Notes: generated by a model from the sequence alone, not told the origin. Positions 36,524 through 45,512 are shown, counted from the first letter of the stretch. The stretch is 64,000 bases of DNA from Burkholderiales bacterium (GCA_035517095.1 DATIZK010000013.1:44348-108347); one strand, 5' to 3'. Translations and numbers: made by a program.

Positions 36524-37497
36524 TCCGGGCGCTCGCTGCGGCGCTCGCCTGCTGCGTCGCGCTGGCGGCGCAGGCCTTCGACCTCGAGGGCCATCGGGGC
36601 GCGCGCGGCCTCGCGCCGGAGAACACGCTGCCCGCGTTCGCCAGGGCGCTCTCGATCGGCGTGAGCACGCTCGAGCTCGACGTCGGGGTGACGCGCGACG
36701 GCATGGTCGTCATTTCGCACGAGCGCGGCCTCACGCCGAACACCGCGCGCGGTCCGGACGGCCGCTGGCTCTCCGCGCCGGGCCCCATGATCCACGACCT
36801 GAGCTACGCGGAGCTCGAGCGCTATGACGTCGGCCGGCTCAACCCGCAGACCAAGTACGCCCGGCAGTTTCCCGACCAGGTCCCGGTCGACGGCACGCGC
36901 ATCCCGCGCCTGGCGGACCTGTTCGCGCTGGTGAACAAAGCCGGCAACGGCGCGGTGCGGTTTAACATCGAGACCAAGCTCTCGCCCGAGGCTCCGGGCG
37001 AGACACTCGCGCCAGGGCCGTTCGCGCGCGCGCTGATCGCGGCGATCCGCGCCGGCGGGATGGAAGCGCGCTCGATGATCCAGTCGTTCGACTGGCGCAC
37101 GCTCAAGCTGGTGCAGGCCGAGGCGCCGCAGATTCCGACCGTGTACTTGAGCGCGCAGCAGCGCTGGCTCGACAACATCCGCGCCGGCGACCCGGCCGGC
37201 TCGCCCTGGACCGCGGGCCTGAAGTTCGCCGCTTACGGCTCGGTGCCGAAGATGGTCAAGGCGGCCGGCGGCGCGATCTGGTCGCCCTGGTTCGGCGACC
37301 TCGACGCGGCGAAGGTCGCCGAGGCGCACGCGCTCGGCCTCGCGGTGATACCGTGGACCGCGAGCACGCGCGCGCAGATCGACGCCGTCCTGGCGTTGGG
37401 AGTGGACGGACTGATAACCGACCGCCCGGACTGGGCGCGCGACGCGATGCAGCATGCGGGAATCGCGCTGCCGGCGGCGACGCCCGTCACACCCTGA
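36520..37497 (+). CDS. glycerophosphodiester phosphodiesterase family protein (secreted)
   Basis: Signal peptide, then EGHRGARGLAPENTLPAF...LELDVGVTRDG (GDPD catalytic His/Arg/Glu/Asp motifs). Confidence 0.88.
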   Translation: MIRALAAALACCVALAAQAFDLEGHRGARGLAPENTLPAFARALSIGVSTLELDVGVTRDGMVVISHERGLTPNTARGPDGRWLSAPGPMIHDLSYAELERYDVGRLNPQTKYARQFPDQVPVDGTRIPRLADLFALVNKAGNGAVRFNIETKLSPEAPGETLAPGPFARALIAAIRAGGMEARSMIQSFDWRTLKLVQAEAPQIPTVYLSAQQRWLDNIRAGDPAGSPWTAGLKFAAYGSVPKMVKAAGGAIWSPWFGDLDAAKVAEAHALGLAVIPWTASTRAQIDAVLALGVDGLITDRPDWARDAMQHAGIALPAATPVTP

Positions 37498-37538
37498 ACG
37501 CGAACGGGTGTAATGTGGGCGCTGCAGGCTATGCCGCG

Positions 37539-37826
37539 ATGGACCACGACGCCCTTTCGGGGATCGAAGAGTTCTGCGCCGCGCAGTATTACGCGTTCGA
37601 CGCCGGGGCCTGGCTTGCGCGCGCGCAGCGCGACGGCGCGCATGTCGCCGCCGCGGCCGAGTATCTCGCGCTGACCAGCTGGTACGGCCACGAGGACGAG
37701 CTGGCGGCGGTCGCGCGGCGCATACGCGAGCTGGTCGGCGACAACCCGGCGCCGATCGCGCTGGCGCGTTTCTCGGCCCGTACCCGCTACCTGCTGGCCC
37801 AGCGTCAGAACCGCGCCGACAAGTAG
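37539..37826 (+). CDS. hypothetical protein (95 aa)
   Basis: ORF MDHDALSGIEEFCAAQYYAFDAGAWLARAQRDG... with coding-like composition. An alternative start is GTG 37515. No family recognised. Confidence 0.5.
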   Translation: MDHDALSGIEEFCAAQYYAFDAGAWLARAQRDGAHVAAAAEYLALTSWYGHEDELAAVARRIRELVGDNPAPIALARFSARTRYLLAQRQNRADK

Positions 37827-37876
37827 GAATCCGGTTTCTGATCTATCCTCGCGGCTTCGCCCCGAGGAACCGCGAC

Positions 37877-38161
37877 ATGAGCAAGCGCAACATCGACGTC
37901 GACGCCGCCCGCAAGCTGATCGACGAAATCTCCGAAAACCTCGCCCGGCTGCCCGCCGACAACAGCCACGCCGCGCTGCGCGCGGAGGTGAACGAGCTGA
38001 AGGACATGCTGGGCGCGGGCGGCGCCGAGCCGCCCGAGCTCGAGGACAAGATGAAATCCGTCCATGGCATGTTCGAGCGCGCCAGGACCGAGCTGCAGGC
38101 CGACGGCGTGCGCGCCGGAATGTTCCTTTCCGCCATCGGCCGCATGATCGGCCTCGACTGA
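37877..38161 (+). CDS. DUF4404-like small helical protein
   Basis: MSKRNIDVDAARKLIDEISENLARLPADNSHAALRAEVNELKDML.... The assignment is from memory of the family pattern. Confidence 0.65.
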   Translation: MSKRNIDVDAARKLIDEISENLARLPADNSHAALRAEVNELKDMLGAGGAEPPELEDKMKSVHGMFERARTELQADGVRAGMFLSAIGRMIGLD

Positions 38162-38163
38162 GC

Positions 38164-38833
38164 GTGGCCGCCGACCTGATCCGCCTCACGGCCACCGAGG
38201 TGGTGGCGCGCCTGCGCCGGCGGGAAGTCTCGCCGCTCGAGCTGATCGACGCGCTCGGCGCGCGCATCGACCGGATCGAGCCGCAGGTAAACGCGCTGCC
38301 GTTGCGCTTCCTCGCCCGACTTCTCCGGCTCGATCGAGACTTTCCAGACCCTGCGCGCGGTACTGTTCGGGGCGCTGCGCGGCGAGCTGCTGCCGAAGGA
38401 GCGCGCGCGGATCAACCCGGCGATCGTCTGGAACATCGAAAAAGGCCTCGCCCTGACCGCAGACGAGGTTCTGCGCGCCGAGCGCGAGCGCGCCAAGATC
38501 TATCACCGCGTCGCCGCCTTCTTCGACCAGTACGACCTGCTCGCCTGCCCGACGGTCGCGGTGCCACCCTACCCGGTCGAGCAGGCCTACCCGACCGAGA
38601 TCGGCGGCAGGAAGCTCACCACCTACATCGACTGGATGTTCCTCACCTTCGTGATCACGCTCACCGGCCGTCCCGCGCTCTCGATTCCCTGCGGCTTCAC
38701 CAAGAGCGGGCTTCCGGTGGGGCTGCAGCTGGTCGGCAGCACGCGCGCCGACGGCGAGCTGCTTGGCGCCGCGCGCCTGCTCGAGCAGGACCTGGACATC
38801 GCGCGCCAGCTGCCGATCGATCCGCGCCCCTAG
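38164..38833 (+). pseudogene. amidase-signature-family gene with large internal deletion and frameshift
   Basis: The frame of 38164 gives an amidase N-terminus (VAADLIRLTATEVVARLRRREVSPLELIDALGARIDRIEPQVNALP). A +1 frame open from 38291 gives an amidase C-terminus (...FQTLRAVLFG...PTVAVPPYPVEQ...LTGRPALSIPCGFTKSGLPVGLQLVG...). The central catalytic core (~250 aa, GGSSGG region) is absent. Confidence 0.75.
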
Positions 38834-38839
38834 CGCGGC

Positions 38840-39955
38840 TCAGGCGAACGTCAGGTCGGGCTCGAGCCCGAGCAGGAAGCGCCCCACCGTCTCGAAGTGC
38901 GCGCGGCGGCCCTGCAGCTGCTGCGCCACGGCGTGCAGGTCGCGAAAGCGCCGCTCGAAGGGGTTGCGCTCGAACACCGCGCTCGCGCCCGCCGCGTGGT
39001 AGGCGGCGTCGCCCGCGGCGACCGCGTCCGCGAGCGCCTGGCTGGCGGCGAGCCGGATCGCCATGCGCTGCTCGAGCGTTAGCCGATTGCTCTGCTCGAC
39101 CTCGCGCCACACTTCGGCGAGCGCGCCGCGCAGGTAGGCGCGCGCCCCGCGCAGCCGCGCCTCGGCCTGCGCCAGGTCGGCCTGGAACAGCGCGCTTTCG
39201 CGCAGCCTGGTCTTGTAGCCGCGCGGGGTCTTCTCCTGCGCGAGCGCGACGAGCGCGTCGATCAGCGCGCGCGCCAGGCCGATCGCCACGCTGGCGAAGC
39301 CGGTGGCGAACATCGCGCCGGTGGGCAGGCAGTACAGCGGGCCGGGGTAGCGCCGCTCGGCCTGGTCGTCGCGCGACACGCTGAAGGCCCTGGGCACGAA
39401 CAGCTCCTTCACCTCGTAGGCGTCGCTCGCGGTGCCGCGCAGCCCGATTACCTGCCAGATGTCGCTCATCTGCGCCTGGTCGGCCGGAAAGAGCATGGTG
39501 CGCCCGACCTTGCCGCCCTCGATCGCGCAGTAGCCGCCGAGCCAGCTCGCGTGCCGGCCGCCGCTGGCGAAGGCGAACGATCCGCTCATGCGCCAGCCGC
39601 CCTCTACCGGCACCGCGCGCGCGTTCGGCCCGGGGCCCCAGGCCAGCACCGCGCGCGGGTCGCGCGCGAAGATCTCCTCGGCGACCTCGGGCGCGACGAA
39701 CGCGGCCACCATGGCGCAGACCGCGTTCTGGCACAGGCACCAGGCGGTGCTGGCGTCGTTGCGCGCGACTTGCTCGACGATCTCGACGAAGCCGAGCGGG
39801 TCGATCTCGCCCCCGCCGTAGGGCCTGGGCAGCAGCAGACGGAACCAGCCGCCCGCGTGCAGCGCATCGAGCAGCTCGGCGGGCAGGCGCCGCTCGCGCT
39901 CGATCGCGTCGGCCGAGCGCGCGCTCAGCGCGCCAAGCCCGGCAAGGTCCCTCAC
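38840..39955 (-). CDS. acyl-CoA dehydrogenase-fold flavoprotein (type-2/DszC-like oxygenase subgroup possible)
   Basis: Three-domain ACAD pattern (...GGWRMSGSFAFASG... and a C-terminal helical domain ...FERRFRDLHAVAQQ). The GTG 39955 start overlaps the upstream stop (GTGA). Confidence 0.78.
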   Translation of the reverse strand: MRDLAGLGALSARSADAIERERRLPAELLDALHAGGWFRLLLPRPYGGGEIDPLGFVEIVEQVARNDASTAWCLCQNAVCAMVAAFVAPEVAEEIFARDPRAVLAWGPGPNARAVPVEGGWRMSGSFAFASGGRHASWLGGYCAIEGGKVGRTMLFPADQAQMSDIWQVIGLRGTASDAYEVKELFVPRAFSVSRDDQAERRYPGPLYCLPTGAMFATGFASVAIGLARALIDALVALAQEKTPRGYKTRLRESALFQADLAQAEARLRGARAYLRGALAEVWREVEQSNRLTLEQRMAIRLAASQALADAVAAGDAAYHAAGASAVFERNPFERRFRDLHAVAQQLQGRRAHFETVGRFLLGLEPDLTFA

Positions 39956-40824
39956 CTCCGCTCCGCGCGCGGCAGCACCGCCGGCGTGGCGTCGTAGCCG
40001 GGCGCGTAATCGACGTTGCTCTGCGCCGGGTCGCGGTTCACCAGCGGCCGCGCGTAGAGCGGGTGGCGCATGCTGCGCACCTCGTGCTCGAGGACGAAGA
40101 GCTTCTTGCCGTTCGCCGGGTCGACCAGGTCGGTGAAGCGGTACTGGTGCTGGTCGCTCTCCTCGCTCACCAGGCCGCGCTCGAGCAGCCTGAGGTAGGG
40201 CCCGGAGAAGTCCGCCAGGTAGATCTGCACGTGGTGGCCGTCGTAGGGCGGAAGCTTGCGCTCGGTTTCGCGGTAGATCAGGACCTGGTCGGGGCCGACC
40301 GAAACGCGCGTTACGCCGTCCTCGTGGCGCGCGGGCGCGCCCACGATCTGGCGGTAGAAGCGCGCGATGCCCTCGGCGGCCGCGGGCGGCACGTCGAGCT
40401 CGACGTAGGGCATGCCGAGCCGCATGCGCCCGAAGCCGGGGTGCGGATCGTGGCAGCGGATCACGTTGCCCCAGGGGCTGACCGTCTCGACGTAGCCCTC
40501 GTGCTCGGCAAAGGCGAACCGCGTGCCCTCGAGCGGCTTGCGCGCGCGCGCCAGGCGCGCCAGCAGCGCCTCGCGCCCGGGCAACACTATGCCGACCCGC
40601 CCGCGCAGCACCTGCGGCTTCGCGCTCGGCAGGTGAAACTGGCTGCGCCCGACGTTGGCCCACATGTTGTCGGTGCCGGTCATCAGGTAGGGGTCGCGCG
40701 TCAGCCCGAGCGCGCTGATATAGAACGCGGTGGCGAGCTGCTGGTCGGGGATCCAGGTGTTGACGTGCTCCAGGGCAACGACATTGCCCAGGTCCTCGGC
40801 GGCGCGATCGTAGCTTTGCGGCAT
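39952..40824 (-). CDS. hypothetical protein, VOC/extradiol-dioxygenase-like fold suspected
   Basis: GNVVALEHVNTWIPDQQLATAFYISALGL... resembles a VOC beta-alpha-beta-beta-beta module. The start is taken at ATG 40824; the ORF-track start is TTG 40860. Confidence 0.6.
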   Translation of the reverse strand: MPQSYDRAAEDLGNVVALEHVNTWIPDQQLATAFYISALGLTRDPYLMTGTDNMWANVGRSQFHLPSAKPQVLRGRVGIVLPGREALLARLARARKPLEGTRFAFAEHEGYVETVSPWGNVIRCHDPHPGFGRMRLGMPYVELDVPPAAAEGIARFYRQIVGAPARHEDGVTRVSVGPDQVLIYRETERKLPPYDGHHVQIYLADFSGPYLRLLERGLVSEESDQHQYRFTDLVDPANGKKLFVLEHEVRSMRHPLYARPLVNRDPAQSNVDYAPGYDATPAVLPRAERR

Positions 40825-40888
40825 GAGCACCAGATTGCCGCATGCCATGGCGCTTGGCAATCCGGCGCCGATCGCGCCGCGAAGGATC

Positions 40889-42034
40889 CTAGTTCGCCGG
40901 TTGGGTCGAGTAGTAGTCGGCCAGGCTCTCGATGATGGCGTCGCCGTAAGGCAGGCTCATGGTGTGCATCATGGTGCTCTGGCGCCGGTCGTCGCGGTAC
41001 GCGCGCAGCGCCATGATCAGGTAGTCGCGGTCCTGACCATTGATCTTGGGGAATGCCACGTTGGGGTTGTCCGCCACCTCGGGACCATGGCAGCGATTGC
41101 ACTTGTCGGTCAGGTCCTGGACCAGGGTCTGTCCGCTCTCGGCGGGCTTCGATTTCTGGATCGAGTAGAAGGCGGCGATGTCATCGATCTGCTTGTCGCT
41201 CAGCTCGCTGACGTATATGCGCATGGCCTCGCGCTTGCGCAGCGTGCGGTAGGCCTTGATCGCATCGACCAGGTAGCGGGGGTCCTGCCCGGCGAGGCGC
41301 GGGGTCGCCGTATCCGCGCTCACCCCGGAGGGGCCATGGCAGCCGCCGCACACCGCGCTCAGCGGTTCGCCCGCCTTGGGGTCACCGAACGGCGGCGCCG
41401 CGCGTTCGGCGGGAGCCTGCGACGCAAAGTACAGCGCAAGGCTCTCCATCTGCAGCCGGTTGAGGCTGACCAGCATCGGATGCATCGGCGAGCGCGGGCG
41501 CTCCGCGTTGAGGTATTCCTGCATCGCGGCCACGAGATAGCGCGGCTGCTGGCCGGCGAGCGTGGGCGTGCCGGCAATCACGCTGTTGCCGTCGGCGCCG
41601 TGGCACCGCGCGCACTCAGCCGACAGTTTGCCGCCCTCCTCGTAGGGCGAAAAGACATGGGCCGGCTTGCCCTGCTTGGAAGCAACCGGCGGCTGCGAGG
41701 CGTAGTACGCGAGAACGTCGTGTTCCTGCGCCTGGGTCAGGCCTTCGGCAATCTTGCGCAGGACGACGTGAATGCGCTTGCCCTGCCGGTATTCGTCCAT
41801 CGCCTCGACCAGGTAGCGGTAGCGTTGCGCCGCAAGTGTCGGAATGCCCGGTGCCAGGCCCTTGCCGTCCAACCCGTGGCAACCCTTGCATTCGCGCTCG
41901 GCAATGCCCTTGCCGGCGGCGAGGTCCGCCGCGGGCTGCGCGGATCCTGCGCTCTTGGACGGCGGCTCCTCCTTGTTCGAGCAGGCGAGCAGAGCGGCGC
42001 AGAGCACGAGACCCAGCACGACGCGCGTCTTCAT
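40889..42034 (-). CDS. tetrahaem c-type cytochrome lipoprotein (four tandem class-I/c4-like domains)
   Basis: Lipobox LLAC-S. Four CXXCH motifs (CKGCH, CARCH, CGGCH, CNRCH), each followed by a P-x-L-A-G/A-Q...Y motif and a distal Met region. A GGAGG RBS is present. Confidence 0.9.
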   Translation of the reverse strand: MKTRVVLGLVLCAALLACSNKEEPPSKSAGSAQPAADLAAGKGIAERECKGCHGLDGKGLAPGIPTLAAQRYRYLVEAMDEYRQGKRIHVVLRKIAEGLTQAQEHDVLAYYASQPPVASKQGKPAHVFSPYEEGGKLSAECARCHGADGNSVIAGTPTLAGQQPRYLVAAMQEYLNAERPRSPMHPMLVSLNRLQMESLALYFASQAPAERAAPPFGDPKAGEPLSAVCGGCHGPSGVSADTATPRLAGQDPRYLVDAIKAYRTLRKREAMRIYVSELSDKQIDDIAAFYSIQKSKPAESGQTLVQDLTDKCNRCHGPEVADNPNVAFPKINGQDRDYLIMALRAYRDDRRQSTMMHTMSLPYGDAIIESLADYYSTQPAN

Positions 42035-42076
42035 CGCAAACCTCCGTTTTTTGATTCTACTCCGTCGCGCGAACGC

Positions 42077-44065
42077 TCATGCGAGACCCGCGCTGCCGAT
42101 GAAGCCGATGATGACGAGGATCAACAAAACCAGGCCGATGCTGATCAGCGTGAAGCCGAGGATTCTGGAGCCGAGCGTCATCGGGCGCGACGGAACGTCG
42201 ACCAGGTGCCTGTCCAGCTCTCCCGAGTCGACCAGGCGCTTGAATTCGACCGCGTGCTCGCGCTTGAACTCCTCCAGCGAGACAGCGCCGGTGAACATCA
42301 CGATGTCGAGCGGGAACTTGTCGGGCCGGAAGTGGTTGTTGAAGAAGTGCACCGTGAACAGGAACACGGCCGCGAGAATCGCCTCCTCGCCGTGCACCAG
42401 TGTCGCCACGTTGAAAACCCAGCCCGGAAGCACCGATGCGGTCACGTTGGGGAACCACAGCATCAGGCCGCTGCCGCCGATGATCGCAAAGCCCCAGAAC
42501 ACCGCCCAGTAGTCGAATTTCTCCCAGTAGGTCCAGCGGTCGAAGCCGGGCCGCGGCCCCTTGCCGACGAACCACTTGAACATCGCGACGATGTCCTTGA
42601 AGTCCTGCCAGCGCGGGACCAGGGAAGTGGGTCCGAACCAGCGGAACGACCTCCCCTTGCGCACGATATGGACCGCGAAATAGATCAGGTGCACCAGGAA
42701 GATCGTGATGAACACCGACGCGAACGTCCGGTGCACGATCGCTGCGACCTTCGGGCTGCCCAGCCAGCGCATGACCACCGGCGCCCACGGGCTGGAGCCG
42801 TAGAGCACCGACATCCCGGTGAGCACCAGCCCCATGACCGAAATCGCCAGCAACAGGTGCGCGAGGCGCCACAGCGGCCCGAAGCGCTGGAAATACTTGC
42901 CCTCGGGCGGCAGCGCCATCTCGCCGGTCTTGACGTACGGCCGCGTCTTGCGTTCCTGGCGGTCCCTGTACTCGCGGTAGAACCACAGCAGCATATGCGT
43001 CCAGAAGAACGCGAACACGCCCGCCAGCAGCGCGACCATGAAGCGTGCCGCGAGCCACAGATAGGGATAGTGCTTGAAGTCGTGCGCGTTGCCGTGCGGC
43101 TCGAACGTGACGAAGCCCGCGGTCGCGCCCTGGTGGCACTTCTGGCAGGTCTCAAGCCGGTTGGCCGGGTACACGCTCGAGCGCGGATCGTCGACCCGCT
43201 TGATGGTGTGGTGGCCGTGGCAATCGAAGCACTTGGCAGTGTAGCCGTAGCCCAGCTGGGTGATCTGGCCGTGGTAGGTTCCGAGGTAGGTCCTGAGCTG
43301 CTCCTGGTGGCACTTGCCGCAGTTCTTGGTGATGAGCACCCTGACCGACGCCAACTTCGGCGACTCGACGTTGTGCATGCTGTGGCAGTCCGCGCACACC
43401 GGCGCCGCCTGGATGCCGTACTTCAGCACCAGTTCGCCGTGGATCGACGTCGCGTATTCGGCGCGCTCCTTGACGTGGCATTTGCCGCAGATGTCGGGTA
43501 CCGTCAGCCGCCACTGCTCCCACGCCGGGCTGCCCTTGGGGTAGACGTAGTGCGCGTCGTGGCAGTTGTAGCAGGTGGCGTTGGTGCGCGACTGATCTGC
43601 CCGGCTCGGCCGGGCGTGAATCGATTTCATGTAGCCGTTGATCTGCTCCACCACGACCCCCAGCCGGGCAAACTGGGCGGTCTTGCCCTCACGCTGCGCC
43701 TGGGCCCACAGGTCTTCGTGGCATTCCACGCAGCTGACCTTGTGCTGCACGCCCGGCCGGTGCGGGATCTGCTGGATGTCCTTGTGGCACTCGACGCACA
43801 TGCGCTTGCCGTGCACGCTGTGGCCGAAGCGCGCGGAGTCGACGTGCAAGTCGCGCATTTTGCCGTCCGGGCCGGGCACCTGGAACCCTTCGGTGCCGTG
43901 GCAGGCCAGGCATGTTTCGTTGTTGAGCTGCTCGGCAGCCTGGCCGGATGCCTGGGCGCCGCCTGGCGCGGCGGGAGTGTCGGCCGCCGCCGCGAGGCTG
44001 GGTACGCCGGCAAGACAGGCAGCGCCCGCCAGCGCCCAAGCCGCTATCCTTCGCTTCATGTGCAT
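42077..44065 (-). CDS. nonahaem c-type cytochrome fused to a multi-TM b-type-cytochrome-like membrane domain (CbcL-like)
   Basis: Signal peptide and nine CXXCH motifs (CLACH, CVECH, CVECH, CYNCH, CGKCH, CADCH, CGKCH, CFDCH, CQKCH) in the first ~330 aa. About 6 TM helices follow, with conserved His (WTH, LAH, IVHRTF, LVH, LVHGEEA, TVHFF). A GGGAG RBS is present. Confidence 0.88.
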   Translation of the reverse strand: MHMKRRIAAWALAGAACLAGVPSLAAAADTPAAPGGAQASGQAAEQLNNETCLACHGTEGFQVPGPDGKMRDLHVDSARFGHSVHGKRMCVECHKDIQQIPHRPGVQHKVSCVECHEDLWAQAQREGKTAQFARLGVVVEQINGYMKSIHARPSRADQSRTNATCYNCHDAHYVYPKGSPAWEQWRLTVPDICGKCHVKERAEYATSIHGELVLKYGIQAAPVCADCHSMHNVESPKLASVRVLITKNCGKCHQEQLRTYLGTYHGQITQLGYGYTAKCFDCHGHHTIKRVDDPRSSVYPANRLETCQKCHQGATAGFVTFEPHGNAHDFKHYPYLWLAARFMVALLAGVFAFFWTHMLLWFYREYRDRQERKTRPYVKTGEMALPPEGKYFQRFGPLWRLAHLLLAISVMGLVLTGMSVLYGSSPWAPVVMRWLGSPKVAAIVHRTFASVFITIFLVHLIYFAVHIVRKGRSFRWFGPTSLVPRWQDFKDIVAMFKWFVGKGPRPGFDRWTYWEKFDYWAVFWGFAIIGGSGLMLWFPNVTASVLPGWVFNVATLVHGEEAILAAVFLFTVHFFNNHFRPDKFPLDIVMFTGAVSLEEFKREHAVEFKRLVDSGELDRHLVDVPSRPMTLGSRILGFTLISIGLVLLILVIIGFIGSAGLA

Positions 44066-44190
44066 CTCTGCTCCCTGAGCATTGCTTGCTGTTATTGTCG
44101 GTGCGAGACGGTATCATTGCGCCCTGACCGGGCCGTAGCGGGCGCAACGTTGACCGTTCGAGGTTATAAAGACAAGCCCCCGGCGCCGAT

Positions 44191-44204
44191 TTGACCTAGA
44201 TCAG
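44191..44204. promoter_or_regulatory. FNR/CRP-family box TTGAC-CTAG-ATCAG
   Basis: Read directly in the 238-bp divergent spacer. The centre (44197.5) lies 29.5 nt from the first base of a minus-strand TATAAC hexamer (44168-44163). That is class-II (-41.5) geometry for the 44065 operon. Confidence 0.45.
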
Positions 44205-44303
44205 AGCGCGACGAGATATGGTATGCGAAGTTGGCGGAATGACAAGCTTTTTAACCCGGCGGAGCGCTGACTAAGGCGTCTCGCCCCTAGCGGAGGTAGA
44301 GCA

Positions 44304-44630
44304 ATGAAGATCGCGAAAAACATGCTAGTCATCCTGGCGCTGGTGGCCGTCGGCGCGTTCAGCGCGAGCGCCATCGCGGTGCCGCCCGGCATGACGGTCG
44401 AGTTCGCCGGCGGTCCGATGGGCAAAGTCGTGTTCAGCGGCAAGATCCATGCCGATGCGGGCGTGAAGTGCAACGAATGCCACACCAAGATCTTCCAGAT
44501 GAAGAAAGGCGCGGACAAGATCACCATGGCCGCGATCGGAGAGGGCAAGTTCTGCGGCACCTGCCACAACGGCCAAAGGGCGTTCAAGGCGAACGACCCC
44601 GCCAACTGCACGAAGTGCCATAAGAAGTAG
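44304..44630 (+). CDS. small periplasmic trihaem cytochrome (c7/c3-family-like)
   Basis: Signal peptide and three CXXCH motifs (CNECH, CGTCH, CTKCH) in the spacing GKVVFS.K.H...C..CH...F.M......M....GK.CG.CH.G..AF......C..CH. A GGAGGT RBS is present. Confidence 0.88.
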   Translation: MKIAKNMLVILALVAVGAFSASAIAVPPGMTVEFAGGPMGKVVFSGKIHADAGVKCNECHTKIFQMKKGADKITMAAIGEGKFCGTCHNGQRAFKANDPANCTKCHKK

Positions 44631-44644
44631 CGGCGCAGCCCTGA

Positions 44645-44670
44645 CCGGCCCCGGCCTTGCCCGGGGCCGG
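44645..44670. terminator. GC-rich hairpin between convergent genes (CCGGCCCCGG-N6-CCGGGGCCGG)
   Basis: A 10-bp perfect stem read directly, 15 nt after the stop of the trihaem gene and 32 nt after the stop of the 44702 gene. No clear U-tract on either side. Confidence 0.4.
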
Positions 44671-44701
44671 GATCGTCAACGATCGAATCTGCCTGGCGCG
44701 C

Positions 44702-45499
44702 TCAGCCGAGCACGCGCGCGTTTGCCCCCGCTCGCTCGACGACCGCCCGAGGGGGCCTTGAAAACCACATCTGATACATCGCCACGATCCACATGTAGGC
44801 GAACGAGAACGCCATCAGTGCGCCGGCACTGATCACGACCCCAGCGAACGGATGGTACAGCTTGGTGAAGTACCAGGAGCTGACGTCCAGCACCAGGCCC
44901 AGGAACGGCGCCGCCATGACGGTGCACTTGAACCATACCGGGCGCACGAAGGCGTGGCTGAATATCAGCCCCACGATGAAGAAGATGAACGTGATGCCGA
45001 ACAGGTGGATGTGCGACACGCGCACCAGCGTGAATATTCCGGTGCCGGTGTCGATTTCGGTCACTTTCCTAAGGTTGTCGTAGCCGTTGAGGTTCGGCAG
45101 GTGCGGATTGCTGCCGTCGTGGCAGGCCATGCAGCGCTGGTCGAGTATGGGCTTGATGTCCTTCTCGTACTTGGCGCGATCGGAACCCTTCTCCACCCAG
45201 GTGATGACCGCGTTCATCTCGTCGCGCGGCAGCATGGTCGACATCGGCCCGCGCAGCGCCGATTCGAGGCGCGACATCTTGCCGCTGCCGCTGTAGGCGA
45301 CCACGATGTCCTCGTAGCTCAGGAGCATCGGATTGCCCCCCGCGCGCCCGGCATAGGTGTGGTACAGGTAGATGCCCGCGAACAGATACCCGAGCGCCAG
45401 CACCAGCAGCGCGCAGGTGTACAGCACGCGCAGGCTGTAAGGCAGCTCCGAATAATGCAGATAGAAGCGGTGTACGGGCGAAGGCGCGTCGGTCATCAT
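44702..45499 (-). CDS. 4-TM membrane protein with one periplasmic CXXCH haem motif (uncharacterised family)
   Basis: TM1 is followed by a ~100-aa loop containing IKPILDQRCMACHDGSNPHLPNL and then three more TM helices. It lies 13 nt downstream of the tetrahaem gene. Confidence 0.8.
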   Translation of the reverse strand: MMTDAPSPVHRFYLHYSELPYSLRVLYTCALLVLALGYLFAGIYLYHTYAGRAGGNPMLLSYEDIVVAYSGSGKMSRLESALRGPMSTMLPRDEMNAVITWVEKGSDRAKYEKDIKPILDQRCMACHDGSNPHLPNLNGYDNLRKVTEIDTGTGIFTLVRVSHIHLFGITFIFFIVGLIFSHAFVRPVWFKCTVMAAPFLGLVLDVSSWYFTKLYHPFAGVVISAGALMAFSFAYMWIVAMYQMWFSRPPRAVVERAGANARVLG

Positions 45500-45512
45500 C
45501 GATTCCTTTGGC

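Noticed and set aside
38840-40824. Whether the VOC-like and ACAD-like genes downstream of the lipoprotein cytochrome belong to the cytochrome system.
   Set aside because: They are on the same strand, separated from the cytochrome gene by a 64-nt gap and GTGA-coupled to each other, but both are cytoplasmic flavin or metal enzymes with no redox-partner logic I can defend. I left them as neighbours pending synteny analysis.
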